A stretch of 50,899 bases of DNA from a virus (taxonomy: Duplodnaviria; Caudoviricetes): positions 1 to 50,899 of IMG/VR virus record IMGVR_UViG_3300021440_000032; one strand, given 5' to 3'. Both the position numbers and the translations under genes were made by a program. Below are positions 10,165-19,247 of the stretch, one piece after another (positions within the stretch are counted from its first letter, which is position 1; every line of letters starts with the position of its first letter). The notes under the pieces were generated by a model, which saw only the letters and a list, made by a program, of their open reading frames with translations, had not been told where the DNA came from and searched no databases.

Positions 10165-10859
10165 TATCTACTCAATACAGGTTGGAAGAATAAACTAGCA
10201 TTCTCGTTATTTGTAGCCTTAGCCATTTCGAGATGCATCTTAGCTTCTTCAGCTAGTTTAGATCTATCTTGTAAAGGAACATTATTCTCCACAGCTAGTG
10301 CTAATCCAGTGAAGTATATTACTGCATTATACCACTCTGTTGGAAAGTCAATGGTTTGAGCAGCATCAGTAGCTACCTGTAGTTCTAATTCACCAACGAT
10401 ATGTAAAGTCTTATTACTTACTACGGTAGCATTGGGTGCAGGCCATAGAGTTATTTTACCCGATGCTAGCTGAGGCTCATAAACTATTTGAACAGGAGTT
10501 CCATTATTTCCTAGAGGGAAAAAGTTATAGTTAAAGATAGAAACCACATTTAATGGGGTCTTTGACTGACTAGAGTTATCCTGCAACCAAGCTTGATATA
10601 ATTTAGCTAACTTATTAGGTTGAGTTAAAGTATACTCTGCTTGACCATTTACCATAGCTAATGTGGTATTGGTGAGTTTCCAAAGATTAAGTCCCTCACC
10701 ACGAAGTTCAGCAATTACAAGATTAAGAGCTTCAATACCTTCTGTTAGTTCTGTTCCGTCAGCAGCTTGACCTTTAGCCATAATACCAGTTTTACGATAA
10801 GCGGCATCTACTACCTGTTGTACTGTTCTCGTATAAGTTGTAATTCCTGAAGTTGCCAC
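10164..10859 (-). CDS. Head-tail adaptor (P22 gp4 / tail tubular protein A-like)
   Basis: GTP..Y, ITLWPAP, IDFPTEWYNAV motifs; GTG start; synteny. Confidence 0.75.
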   Translation of the reverse strand: MATSGITTYTRTVQQVVDAAYRKTGIMAKGQAADGTELTEGIEALNLVIAELRGEGLNLWKLTNTTLAMVNGQAEYTLTQPNKLAKLYQAWLQDNSSQSKTPLNVVSIFNYNFFPLGNNGTPVQIVYEPQLASGKITLWPAPNATVVSNKTLHIVGELELQVATDAAQTIDFPTEWYNAVIYFTGLALAVENNVPLQDRSKLAEEAKMHLEMAKATNNENASLFFQPVLSR

Positions 10860-10860
10860 G

Positions 10861-11277
10861 TTATTTTCCTTTAATCTTATCTACTGTACGAGCAGCAGCA
10901 TATCCAATATATCCTACACCAAATAGTTGAACGAATTCAGATGGGATAGCTGCTAGCCAAGCTTTCATACCAGTAGCAATTGCAATAGCCATATCTGGTT
11001 TAAAAGCAGATAGAATACCCATTGGGATAGAGAACAGAATCATTGTGTACATTACATACATGAAGGATGGTCTTGCTCTAGAAGTCCATGGGTCAGAAGA
11101 ACTAGCTTCCGTAACGATAGCTTTCATTCTCTCTGTTAATTCTGTAAGCTCTCCTGTTTGCTGCATCTTCAGAAGATCTAGAGTTGCTTTATCTTTATCT
11201 GCTTGATTTGGAAACCAACGATCAATTAATTTTCCAGCTAGGTCTGCTATTGTTCCAAGTCCAGTTAAGTCTGCCAT
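10861..11277 (-). CDS. Holin (3-TM, GTA-holin-like); start reassigned to MADLTG
   Basis: DPWTSRARPSFMYV plus hydrophobic segments, GYIGYAAARTVDKIKGK; AAGGA RBS before 11277. Confidence 0.75.
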   Translation of the reverse strand: MADLTGLGTIADLAGKLIDRWFPNQADKDKATLDLLKMQQTGELTELTERMKAIVTEASSSDPWTSRARPSFMYVMYTMILFSIPMGILSAFKPDMAIAIATGMKAWLAAIPSEFVQLFGVGYIGYAAARTVDKIKGK

Positions 11278-11285
11278 ATTTTTCC

Positions 11286-12608
11286 TTATACAGAAGCACC
11301 AGTTGCATCTACCCAAATAGTGCCAGTCCAAAAGATAGGCTTTCCATTTGCATTTAGTGTAGTATCAAAGTATAGGGACCCACGATTTCTGGTATTTAAT
11401 GTTGGTCTTGATCCAGTAGCTCCAGATGAGGCTGCATTTAGAATTCCATAGGATTTAGATGTACCATAAATTTGGTAATGCTCAGGAGTATATGTATCTG
11501 TAATCTCTACTAATGTATCACTACCAACCGTACTATATCCGAACCGCCCGGAAGCATTAGTAGCCCCGTGTCTACAGGGACCAATTCTACCATAGTAGTT
11601 ACCAACACTATTTAGATCAATATCATACTTAGAACTACCAGAGAAGGCTACTCCTTCAATATGGAATATAGTTCCCGCATTTAGACTAATATTTGAGTAG
11701 AGAGCATTATTAATATGGCATTCTCCACCAAGAATAGATATAGTAGCAGTAGTAGACGTAGACTTTATGCCTTCTTTACCATTAGCCTCAGAGTATATTC
11801 CAATAAGATCAATACTACGGGTTGGGTTTTGAATTATAATACCCTCATTTACAGCATTTTCTGACTTTACATTTAACAATCTAATTCCAGATTGAGATGT
11901 ACCACTGCCACTACCAATAGTAAAGTTTACTGTATTAGCAGTATTCTTTACATTATCTAGCGTCCAATCATTTGCTTCTTGTTTTAAATAAACCCCAATA
12001 CCACATTTAGAGACACTAGAATCCTTTACTGTATTTACAAATGAATACTGTGTTACTTCAATTCCATTTCCAGTGAAGTTAGATATATGACAATTTTCAA
12101 TCAGATTACCTGTAGCAGCAGAACCAGATGTTCCATAGAATACAACACCATTAGTGCCTGTTCCATTACCAAAGATACCTAGGTTTCTTAGTACTCCACC
12201 TTGAGTTCCAAATGTACTACCATCACCGAATCTAACTGCACTTGCCCCAGAGCATTGAAATGTTACTGGGGTTGTATTACTAGTAGAAGATGTCCCAATG
12301 TATGGAGCCCCTTCCCCTTCTAAGGTTACTCTATTTCGTAAAGTAATACCAGTAGAACCGAGACCGTATACTCCAGTTGTTTTCCTTGGAAAAAATAATG
12401 TACCACCACCACTAGCTGATAAAGAATCAATAGCAGCTTGGATAGCTGTTGATTGATCACTTCCGTCATCTAAGATTCCCAGATAATATACATTGGTTCC
12501 GAATAGAGTTGTTTTTGTAGTCCCATTAGTGTACACAAAATCATTAACATCATTTAGCCATGAGGCTGGTACTGGAGTTACTCCATCTACGAAAGTTGTA
12601 TCACTCAT
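11286..12608 (-). CDS. Tailspike with pectate-lyase-like beta-helix (probable depolymerase); start reassigned to MSDTTF
   Basis: DDGSDQSTAIQAAID..GGGTLFFP, parallel beta-helix repeats, C-terminal RP..G.LYFDTTL..GKPIFW.G..WVDATG; N-terminal anchor ASWLNDVN. Confidence 0.8.
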   Translation of the reverse strand: MSDTTFVDGVTPVPASWLNDVNDFVYTNGTTKTTLFGTNVYYLGILDDGSDQSTAIQAAIDSLSASGGGTLFFPRKTTGVYGLGSTGITLRNRVTLEGEGAPYIGTSSTSNTTPVTFQCSGASAVRFGDGSTFGTQGGVLRNLGIFGNGTGTNGVVFYGTSGSAATGNLIENCHISNFTGNGIEVTQYSFVNTVKDSSVSKCGIGVYLKQEANDWTLDNVKNTANTVNFTIGSGSGTSQSGIRLLNVKSENAVNEGIIIQNPTRSIDLIGIYSEANGKEGIKSTSTTATISILGGECHINNALYSNISLNAGTIFHIEGVAFSGSSKYDIDLNSVGNYYGRIGPCRHGATNASGRFGYSTVGSDTLVEITDTYTPEHYQIYGTSKSYGILNAASSGATGSRPTLNTRNRGSLYFDTTLNANGKPIFWTGTIWVDATGASV

Positions 12609-12616
12609 CTTATTCC

Positions 12617-12949
12617 TTATAAAATCTGTTTCGGAGTACCTGCTATCATACAACCTGCCGTGGTCATACCAGCAATACTAGTTGGAATAATTGGACAATA
12701 TTGTGCATAATTAAAGTTTGATAGTTGATAAGGTACATTCGTATATGTATAGTTTTCAGGACGAGTCCATGGTGGTACTACTACCTCTTCTCTGATCCTG
12801 ATGAAATCTTGTGGATGGCGGGTTTCCCAATCATTTTTACAAACTTTTAGTCCGTCCCACCTATCCCTGAGTTTATCTGAAGGGAAACGTTTTCCACAGA
12901 CATCACATATTGCAGCAAAAGTTCCTGGCCACTTACCCTTATACGTCAT
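12617..12949 (-). CDS. Conserved phage morphogenesis protein with CxxC
   Basis: CDVCGKRF..DGLKVC..DWETRHPQDF motif; coupled to neighbours. Confidence 0.6.
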   Translation of the reverse strand: MTYKGKWPGTFAAICDVCGKRFPSDKLRDRWDGLKVCKNDWETRHPQDFIRIREEVVVPPWTRPENYTYTNVPYQLSNFNYAQYCPIIPTSIAGMTTAGCMIAGTPKQIL

Positions 12950-13197
12950 CGGTTTAGCCTCTCAATTTCCTGACGAAAATCTAACTTCATTTCATCCAAG
13001 CGAACGAATAATTCTTCCTTGAATTCTCTGAAGTCTTCCTTTTTAATGTAAGAGTCTTTAATCTTATCAATTGCTACCTGGTGTTCTTTTAACTTATCAT
13101 TAACACCATCTGCTGTGTACTTAACAAAGAACATAATGATCCCCATAAGCACATTAACTATTAAAGAAACTACTGCTAGTACAACTGCTAAATCCAT
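12946..13197 (-). CDS. Small membrane protein (N-terminal TM plus coiled coil; possible lysis accessory)
   Basis: Hydrophobic residues 3-25, charged helical tail. Confidence 0.55.
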   Translation of the reverse strand: MDLAVVLAVVSLIVNVLMGIIMFFVKYTADGVNDKLKEHQVAIDKIKDSYIKKEDFREFKEELFVRLDEMKLDFRQEIERLNR

Positions 13198-13288
13198 ATA
13201 TCATACACTTCCTACATATAGTGAAGTCAACGCCTGAGTGCACACCAAAAATAGGGCGAGGGCTGCGGTTAGAGCGGTCAACATATTC

Positions 13289-14734
13289 TCAAGGGCGGTA
13301 TTTACTGATGGCGTCAGTAAGCAAATTCCCCCACACCACCTGGGTCGCTTGATTTGCGTGCAGCCCATCGACATACGTGCCCGCCATGAGGTGCTGCGGG
13401 GTACCACCGTCGTTACATACGCCGTTGAAATCGAGCACAGGTGGCCCGTAGCTAGTGAGCTCCGTATTTGCAGTGAGCCTCCTAGCATCCATCGCCGCAT
13501 CCCAATCGGTGCCACCAGCACCGTTGTTGCGAGGGATGCCATTTCGCAAAAGGGCTTTAATACCCAGCTTTTTGCACAGCGCGAGGAATGCGACTACTCC
13601 AGATCGAGGCATACCGAGCGTTGTGACCAGTACGCCCGTTGCCGAATGATCGTTAGGCGTAAACCCGTTGAACACTGCGATGTGCGGACACGCCCCTACG
13701 GCGTCGAGTGCAGTCAGCAGCTTGTTGCCCAGGTAGGTGAACTGCTGCGTCGTTGCGCCCGGCATACCACAGTTGACGAAACCAACTGGTGATGTTGACG
13801 TGGTCATTGCTATCGCCGCTTGCATCGGGTATCCACGCTGGTAAGACGGCAACTGCGACCCAGCATCATTGCTATCGCCTACCGTGATAAACGTCATGCC
13901 TCGTCTCTTCGAGCGCACAAGGACGCCAAAAATGTTATTGGCTATAGTCGTTGACTGGGCTCCACTAAAAGCACCTGTTAGCTGAGTACCGGTCCCGTGC
14001 GAGAAGCCAGGGAACATGAATCGCCCCAGATCATCTTTACCTGTTCCGCCCCATCCAGTTGAACCGGCCGCCCAGGTAGTGATTTTCTCGCTCCCAGTTG
14101 TGGTGGCGTACTCTGTGCGGACAGTGATAGCTGCACGCTGACCGCCGTCCGTGCGCGCCGACGCCACCGCGTAGAGCGGCACGAAATCGGTGATATACCA
14201 ATCGATGTCAGTGTAGCCGTTGCCCGTTGACACGCCGCTCGCCGCCGCCATCGTCAGCGTTGATTTTCCGCCGCTGAATGTGACTGCTTTTTGGTTGCCA
14301 GAGAAATTGGCGTCGTTACCGTAACTGTCCCAGGCTGGGCACTGCGCGACGGTCATCCCTGTGATTTGAGCGGCGCCAGAGGTTGCGCGGTTTGCCAGTA
14401 CAAATGCAATGGCATCAACTTCATCTACCTCAACTTCAAGCGAAACGCAGAACGTAGTTCGCGTGTCTCCGCTTGTCCAGCCGAACGCCGACGCAGCAGT
14501 TTGATCAGATCCTAAAATTGTCCACATTTTTGTGGTCACGTAGTCATTTGCTGCCGGTGCTGGCAGCGACCGCCACAATCCATCAGACGCTATGTATAGG
14601 CTATCCCCCACAGTCGCAGTCTTCCCGGCATTGCTCGCGGCTGGGTATCTAGTATTTAAAGTGGATAAATCTACAAATGTTCCTAAAAAATCAGAGGAAT
14701 TACCACTAATAACATTGTTTACGTTAGTAGACAT
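13289..14734 (-). CDS. Virion-associated SGNH/GDSL esterase (second receptor-binding or deacetylase protein)
   Basis: VGDS block I, NCGMPG block II, TPND block III, DGLH block V; GC-rich body. Confidence 0.75.
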   Translation of the reverse strand: MSTNVNNVISGNSSDFLGTFVDLSTLNTRYPAASNAGKTATVGDSLYIASDGLWRSLPAPAANDYVTTKMWTILGSDQTAASAFGWTSGDTRTTFCVSLEVEVDEVDAIAFVLANRATSGAAQITGMTVAQCPAWDSYGNDANFSGNQKAVTFSGGKSTLTMAAASGVSTGNGYTDIDWYITDFVPLYAVASARTDGGQRAAITVRTEYATTTGSEKITTWAAGSTGWGGTGKDDLGRFMFPGFSHGTGTQLTGAFSGAQSTTIANNIFGVLVRSKRRGMTFITVGDSNDAGSQLPSYQRGYPMQAAIAMTTSTSPVGFVNCGMPGATTQQFTYLGNKLLTALDAVGACPHIAVFNGFTPNDHSATGVLVTTLGMPRSGVVAFLALCKKLGIKALLRNGIPRNNGAGGTDWDAAMDARRLTANTELTSYGPPVLDFNGVCNDGGTPQHLMAGTYVDGLHANQATQVVWGNLLTDAISKYRP

Positions 14735-15075
14735 TATACCCCCATTAGAACTGTTACAGTAGCACCAGTACCACTAATAGCAGTAACATTTGCTCTTACA
14801 TATTTCCAGGACGCAGAAGTTGTAAATCCGTCGGTAGCACTAGTTGTACCAGAGAGTGTAATAGTACCAGCAACTGTGGAACACCAATTAGTTCCATCTA
14901 AAGATACCTCAATATTAATTGTAGCGGATACAGTTCCAGTACCTACAACTGTAGCCTGGAAAGTTGAATAAGGAGAATCCTTATAAATTTGTGATTGTGC
15001 ACCAGTGGATGTTACACCAGCAGCAGGAGTAAGATTATATACCTTACCAGATTTTAACCAAACATTACTTGACAT
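14734..15075 (-). CDS. Small T/S-rich virion protein
   Basis: IEVSLDGTNW..YVRANVT beta-sandwich pattern; structural module. Confidence 0.6.
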   Translation of the reverse strand: MSSNVWLKSGKVYNLTPAAGVTSTGAQSQIYKDSPYSTFQATVVGTGTVSATINIEVSLDGTNWCSTVAGTITLSGTTSATDGFTTSASWKYVRANVTAISGTGATVTVLMGV

Positions 15076-15087
15076 AGTATCTCCCCA

Positions 15088-15116
15088 AGAGATAAGGCGG
15101 GCTCACCACCCGCCCT
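15088..15116 (-). terminator. Probable terminator hairpin
   Basis: GGCGGG-TGGTGAG-CCCGCC then TTATCTCTT on the minus strand. Confidence 0.5.
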
Positions 15117-15119
15117 AAA

Positions 15120-15557
15120 TTAACGAACGTACCAGATAGCTACTTTGTAAGGACCACCTGCTGATGATGCTGTACCTGATTCAGTATACTTAGCATAGAT
15201 CTGAATATCAGCACCAAGAGGAATATTCTCTAGCTGTGGCATATTTGCTGAATTAACTGAAGCTGTAGGAATAATTAATCCACCAGTAGTTTTTACATCT
15301 TGAGCGTTTACAAACTCGTTAGAGTTCGCTGAAGTACTACCAATACTAATCGTTGCAGTTGTACCAGCATTAGACGCAGCACCATAGATTAGAAATCCTA
15401 AAATAGAAGCATCTGCGGGGAGCACTGCTTTTAGAGAGGCAGTAGTATCTGTTCTAGACACCTGAAAAACTTTTAGACTACCCTCTTTCGGGGAGGGGCT
15501 GATTGCTGTTGGTCCGGTAGAACCTGGGTAGACTAGGTCTACTTGTTTAAATCCCAT
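15120..15557 (-). CDS. Virion structural protein (capsid-associated)
   Basis: LPADASIL..NAGTTATISIG pattern; just downstream of the capsid gene. Confidence 0.6.
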   Translation of the reverse strand: MGFKQVDLVYPGSTGPTAISPSPKEGSLKVFQVSRTDTTASLKAVLPADASILGFLIYGAASNAGTTATISIGSTSANSNEFVNAQDVKTTGGLIIPTASVNSANMPQLENIPLGADIQIYAKYTESGTASSAGGPYKVAIWYVR

Positions 15558-15571
15558 GATATTTCCTTTGT

Positions 15572-15610
15572 AAATAAAAAACCCCCAAGCAGCACTTGGG
15601 CTGATGGGGG
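15572..15610 (-). terminator. Terminator after the capsid/endonuclease transcript
   Basis: CCCAAG-TGCTG-CTTGGG then GGTTTTTTATTT on the minus strand. Confidence 0.65.
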
Positions 15611-15622
15611 CCGTATTAGCTA

Positions 15623-15976
15623 TTAGGCGCCTTGAGTCTGAATATATCTCTTTGCTACTTCTAATAGAAGAGGATTATCTTTAAATAATCCTAATCCAGT
15701 ATTACAATCTGTGCATAAAAGACCACGAATAGTTCCGGTTTTATGACAATGATCTACTGCTAGATCACGTACTTTACCAGTTCTATGGTCTTTCTTACTC
15801 TCTGGTTGTAAACAAATAGCACAAACAAAGTCTTGATCAGAAAGAAGTTTCTTATATGTCTCTAAAGAAATATTAAATCGTTTCTTTAGGTCAATACTTT
15901 TCATCTTCTCAGGATTACGTTTTCTGTATTCCTGCATGTATTTTGACCAAGTCTCTTTTGTATGAGATTTATTCAT
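15623..15976 (-). CDS. Endonuclease VII-family homing endonuclease
   Basis: QDFVCAIC..LAVDHCHKTGTIRGLLCTDCNTGLG. Confidence 0.9.
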   Translation of the reverse strand: MNKSHTKETWSKYMQEYRKRNPEKMKSIDLKKRFNISLETYKKLLSDQDFVCAICLQPESKKDHRTGKVRDLAVDHCHKTGTIRGLLCTDCNTGLGLFKDNPLLLEVAKRYIQTQGA

Positions 15977-15979
15977 TCA

Positions 15980-16888
15980 TTAGGCACCCTGGCTTCCGTA
16001 GATAGCACGGGGATCAGTCCAACCGAAGCTATAACGGGCAGAAGCCTTATACTTAGCATTTTCAGTATCGAAGTCTTCATCCATACCGAACTCATCACCA
16101 CGACGTTCAAAGTACTTCAGTCCATGTTGAACATCAGTGCGGATGAACCAAGCGTCTTGATCGGTTAGATAATGGTTAACCACAATCTTAGGAATCAGAC
16201 CCATATCCTTCAGAGCATTGATATCATTGTTATCGGTACCAACACGACCTGCTGTTTTCAGGATACGCTGTGCTTCAAAAGCTAGTTGACGAGGAATGAT
16301 TAGGGTCTTAGGTAGAACCTTGATCAGTAGACCACGATCATTAGTGAAGCCACCAATGTCGATGCAAGCTTGCTCTAGGGATGCTTCTGATAGGTCAGCA
16401 GCAGTAGAGATTACGTTACTCCATGTACCACCAGCAAAGTTTGCATGGTTGGAAGCGATCATTTGAACGCCATCACCACCAGTGTAGTTAGAATCGAATG
16501 CACGGTTATAAACGTTAGCTGCAACGATTTCCTTGGTTTGACGCATAGAGAAGGCTAGGCCTTGAGCTTTACGTTGACCAACTACATCATACTGATCATC
16601 TTCATAGATCTCACGAGTTACGATAAAACCTAGAGCAAAGACGGTATGATTATACCGAGTGATGAAGCCTTGACGTTCAGTATCATAAGTGATAGGAGAA
16701 CCTTCAGGCTTTTGAACGGCCAGTCCAAATGAACTGATACCGACATCTTCTTCAAACTGCTTACGTGATGTATAGGTATCGAATAGGTCTGTATATTCTA
16801 CAGGATACTCATCATAAGCCTTACCATACCATGCGTTAATACCAGGCCATAGGGCCTTGGCAAACGAGGAACTATTAATAACTGACAT
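15980..16888 (-). CDS. Major capsid protein
   Basis: 302 aa; KPEGSPITYD, LIIPRQL, HYLTDQDAWF, RYSFGWTDPRAIYGS; follows scaffold and decoration genes. Confidence 0.9.
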   Translation of the reverse strand: MSVINSSSFAKALWPGINAWYGKAYDEYPVEYTDLFDTYTSRKQFEEDVGISSFGLAVQKPEGSPITYDTERQGFITRYNHTVFALGFIVTREIYEDDQYDVVGQRKAQGLAFSMRQTKEIVAANVYNRAFDSNYTGGDGVQMIASNHANFAGGTWSNVISTAADLSEASLEQACIDIGGFTNDRGLLIKVLPKTLIIPRQLAFEAQRILKTAGRVGTDNNDINALKDMGLIPKIVVNHYLTDQDAWFIRTDVQHGLKYFERRGDEFGMDEDFDTENAKYKASARYSFGWTDPRAIYGSQGA

Positions 16889-16907
16889 GTGTTATTCCTT
16901 TCTAAAA

Positions 16908-17489
16908 TTAGATACCAGTAGTACCAGCACTACCAAAGTTAGCGGTATTTAGAGTAACCAGTAACTTCCAGTTAGATGAATCAGACATGTCTTGGTCAGG
17001 GGCCTGACGAACACCGATAATCTTTAGAGGTAGAGTTGAAGTAGTAGCCTTGGTTGACATCTTAGCTACCAGTCCGGAAAGACCAGTAGTAGCTGAACCA
17101 GCAGTGTAGGTTAGGCCAATGTTTAAACCGACATCGGTAATGGCAGCGGCAGCATCAGCTTGGATTTCATACACTACAGTAGGATCTACAACAACAAATG
17201 CTGTACGAGCAGTAGAAGCTGCACGGTATCCTGAGACTGCGTTTAGATTGGAATAATCAGGCACGAAACCAACTACAACACCAACATGAAGGTCAGCATC
17301 AGCAGTTGAACGTGCAATACTAGCCACACCAGTAGCACTTGCAGTGCCACTAAATTTAACTAGGTCGCCTACATAGGATGCTGTACCATCAGCAGCCAGG
17401 AAGGCAAAGGATTCGGTTTGACCTGTCCATGCAGAACCAGATAGGTGCTTTACAGGACGGAGACCGAGAACTCGACTTACGTTAGACAT
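16908..17489 (-). CDS. Capsid decoration/minor head protein
   Basis: GLRPV, YVGDLV, VVVDPTVVYEIQ; immediately upstream of MCP. Confidence 0.65.
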   Translation of the reverse strand: MSNVSRVLGLRPVKHLSGSAWTGQTESFAFLAADGTASYVGDLVKFSGTASATGVASIARSTADADLHVGVVVGFVPDYSNLNAVSGYRAASTARTAFVVVDPTVVYEIQADAAAAITDVGLNIGLTYTAGSATTGLSGLVAKMSTKATTSTLPLKIIGVRQAPDQDMSDSSNWKLLVTLNTANFGSAGTTGI

Positions 17490-17518
17490 TTATATCTCCA
17501 GTAAATGCCCTTCGAGAA

Positions 17519-17920
17519 TTAATCCCTTGATGTAGAGATCTTTCCATAATATTCTCGTTGAGCGTCTTCTTTCATAGAACGTTCTAACGCATCAATATTT
17601 TGTCGTTTAACAGTTTGATCTTCATCATACCAATCCTTAGGGATTCGCATAACAACAGCCTTCGTACCATTTCCAACAGAAATCTCAGCGGCAGAACCCG
17701 TAGATGAGGCAGCATCTGCGCGTCGGTCGCCAATCTTGACATCCTTCGCTTCAACTACTTCCCATCCATTTAGTTTGAATGCATCAATACGATCGTCCGT
17801 ATCATTTACAATTCGGTATTCGTAATTAGTATCCTTGTTATGAACCGTAAGACGATTACGGGTATTAACAGGAGTACGCTTTACACGCCCTCTGGGGCTT
17901 TTGACAAGGTTTTCAGCCAT
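17519..17920 (-). CDS. Conserved head-module protein
   Basis: YEYRIVND..GWEVV..VMRIPKDWY; synteny. Confidence 0.6.
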   Translation of the reverse strand: MAENLVKSPRGRVKRTPVNTRNRLTVHNKDTNYEYRIVNDTDDRIDAFKLNGWEVVEAKDVKIGDRRADAASSTGSAAEISVGNGTKAVVMRIPKDWYDEDQTVKRQNIDALERSMKEDAQREYYGKISTSRD

Positions 17921-18717
17921 TATTCTAATCCCTTCACTTTACGAAGATCTGCGATATACTTATCTTTTGTGATAGCTCCACTACGAACAAGAGTATTCAT
18001 GATATTACGTTCTTGTTCTGTAAGCTCAAAGTCTCCACTAGCCTTAGTTCCAGTACTACGTTTAGCAGTACTCCCTTCTACGGCAGGAGCATTATCTTTA
18101 TTTGCATTCCTGAACTTGGTAGGAAATTCTTTACGAACTTCTTCTTCTACTCGTTTTAGGATTTCCGCTTTTGATACACCTTGGTTATGAAGTTTTAGTC
18201 CAACTTCATCTGCAAATGCAGCCATATGCTTATATGATTCATACCAAGGATTACGGTTTACCCACGAGCGAAATTCAGGATTAACCTGTTCTGGTTCAAT
18301 TGTAACCGGGGCAGTTTGCTTAATTGTACGAGCGGTTTCCTTGACAGTTTCAATCTCATCCGTGAGTTGATCATACTTTTCAAGGTCTCCATCTACAAGA
18401 GCCTTCTTCTTCTCAGCCTTTAGAGTTTCTAGAGCACGAGTGTACTCTGTCTCCTTAACCTTTGAGTAATGCTCTTGCATCGCTTCTAAAGCTTTACGAA
18501 CTGCCTTCAGTTCTTTACTTTGAGATTCAATTCGTTTGATAGGTTCATCTAAAGCTAGAAATACTTCTGCTGACTTCCACCGTTGTGGATCACCAGAGTA
18601 GTCATCTTTAGGAACCCAACCAAGTTCCATAGCACGTTGTTCAACGTCAGTAAATTGCGGCGTATTATCTACTGGAGTAGAGCCAGTGTCTACTGATGCA
18701 TTAGTGTCTTCACTCAT
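17920..18717 (-). CDS. Scaffolding protein
   Basis: AMELGWVPKD, charged coiled coil, WVNRNPWY; between portal and capsid. Confidence 0.75.
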   Translation of the reverse strand: MSEDTNASVDTGSTPVDNTPQFTDVEQRAMELGWVPKDDYSGDPQRWKSAEVFLALDEPIKRIESQSKELKAVRKALEAMQEHYSKVKETEYTRALETLKAEKKKALVDGDLEKYDQLTDEIETVKETARTIKQTAPVTIEPEQVNPEFRSWVNRNPWYESYKHMAAFADEVGLKLHNQGVSKAEILKRVEEEVRKEFPTKFRNANKDNAPAVEGSTAKRSTGTKASGDFELTEQERNIMNTLVRSGAITKDKYIADLRKVKGLE

Positions 18718-19048
18718 TCGTATTTTCCTTTACTAGTTTACAAATTAGATCTTCATCATTTAGTAGAAGAAAGATCTCTTTTGAGTCTGGGTCTTGAATC
18801 ATTTTCCCACCATGTCGAGCGTATGCTACTAGATCACCAACCTGACACCACGGTTCAGTACCAAAGTCTTTAAAGGCTGTTGGACCAATATCAAGAACAG
18901 TTCCCTTGTCCATAGCGACTTGTTCTTTTCTGATCTCATATTCTAGTAGTTCAATGCCAGCAGCTTTAGCTGACTTGTACAGTTGATCTGTATCCTCTAC
19001 TCGTTGTGGTTTTAATAGGATTCTGTGTCCTAATGGAATTAACTTCAT
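18710..19048 (-). CDS. groES: GroES-like co-chaperonin
   Basis: PLGHRILLKP..GTVLDIGP..VGDLVAYARHGG..LLNDEDLIC. Confidence 0.9.
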   Translation of the reverse strand: MKLIPLGHRILLKPQRVEDTDQLYKSAKAAGIELLEYEIRKEQVAMDKGTVLDIGPTAFKDFGTEPWCQVGDLVAYARHGGKMIQDPDSKEIFLLLNDEDLICKLVKENTNE

Positions 19049-19049
19049 C

Positions 19050-19247
19050 TTAACCCTCCACTTGTTCGGCGTCCATGTCTAGGACATCTTTTAGTGCTTG
19101 GATATAACCTTGTCGGTATTTAATAGTCTCAGCATCAGCAGTATCAAATTCTTCTCGAATCTCCCAGATACGTTGATTTAGAATACTATATACAACTTTA
19201 GTTACCGGGTATTGTTTCCACTCTTGGAATTCTTGCTTGGTGATGAT
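19050..19247 (-). CDS. 65-aa protein after the portal, probably AUC-initiated (not in ORF track)
   Basis: TAAGGAG, 8 nt, then ATC ATC ACC AAG; reads (M)ITKQEFQEWKQYPVTK..YRQGYIQALKDVLDMDAEQVEG; fills the portal-GroES gap. Confidence 0.65.
   Translation of the reverse strand: MITKQEFQEWKQYPVTKVVYSILNQRIWEIREEFDTADAETIKYRQGYIQALKDVLDMDAEQVEG

Noticed and set aside
13201-14515. Extra ORFs 13201-13542, 13238-13792, 13455-13649, 14291-14515
   Set aside because: Shadow frames in the GC-rich esterase gene
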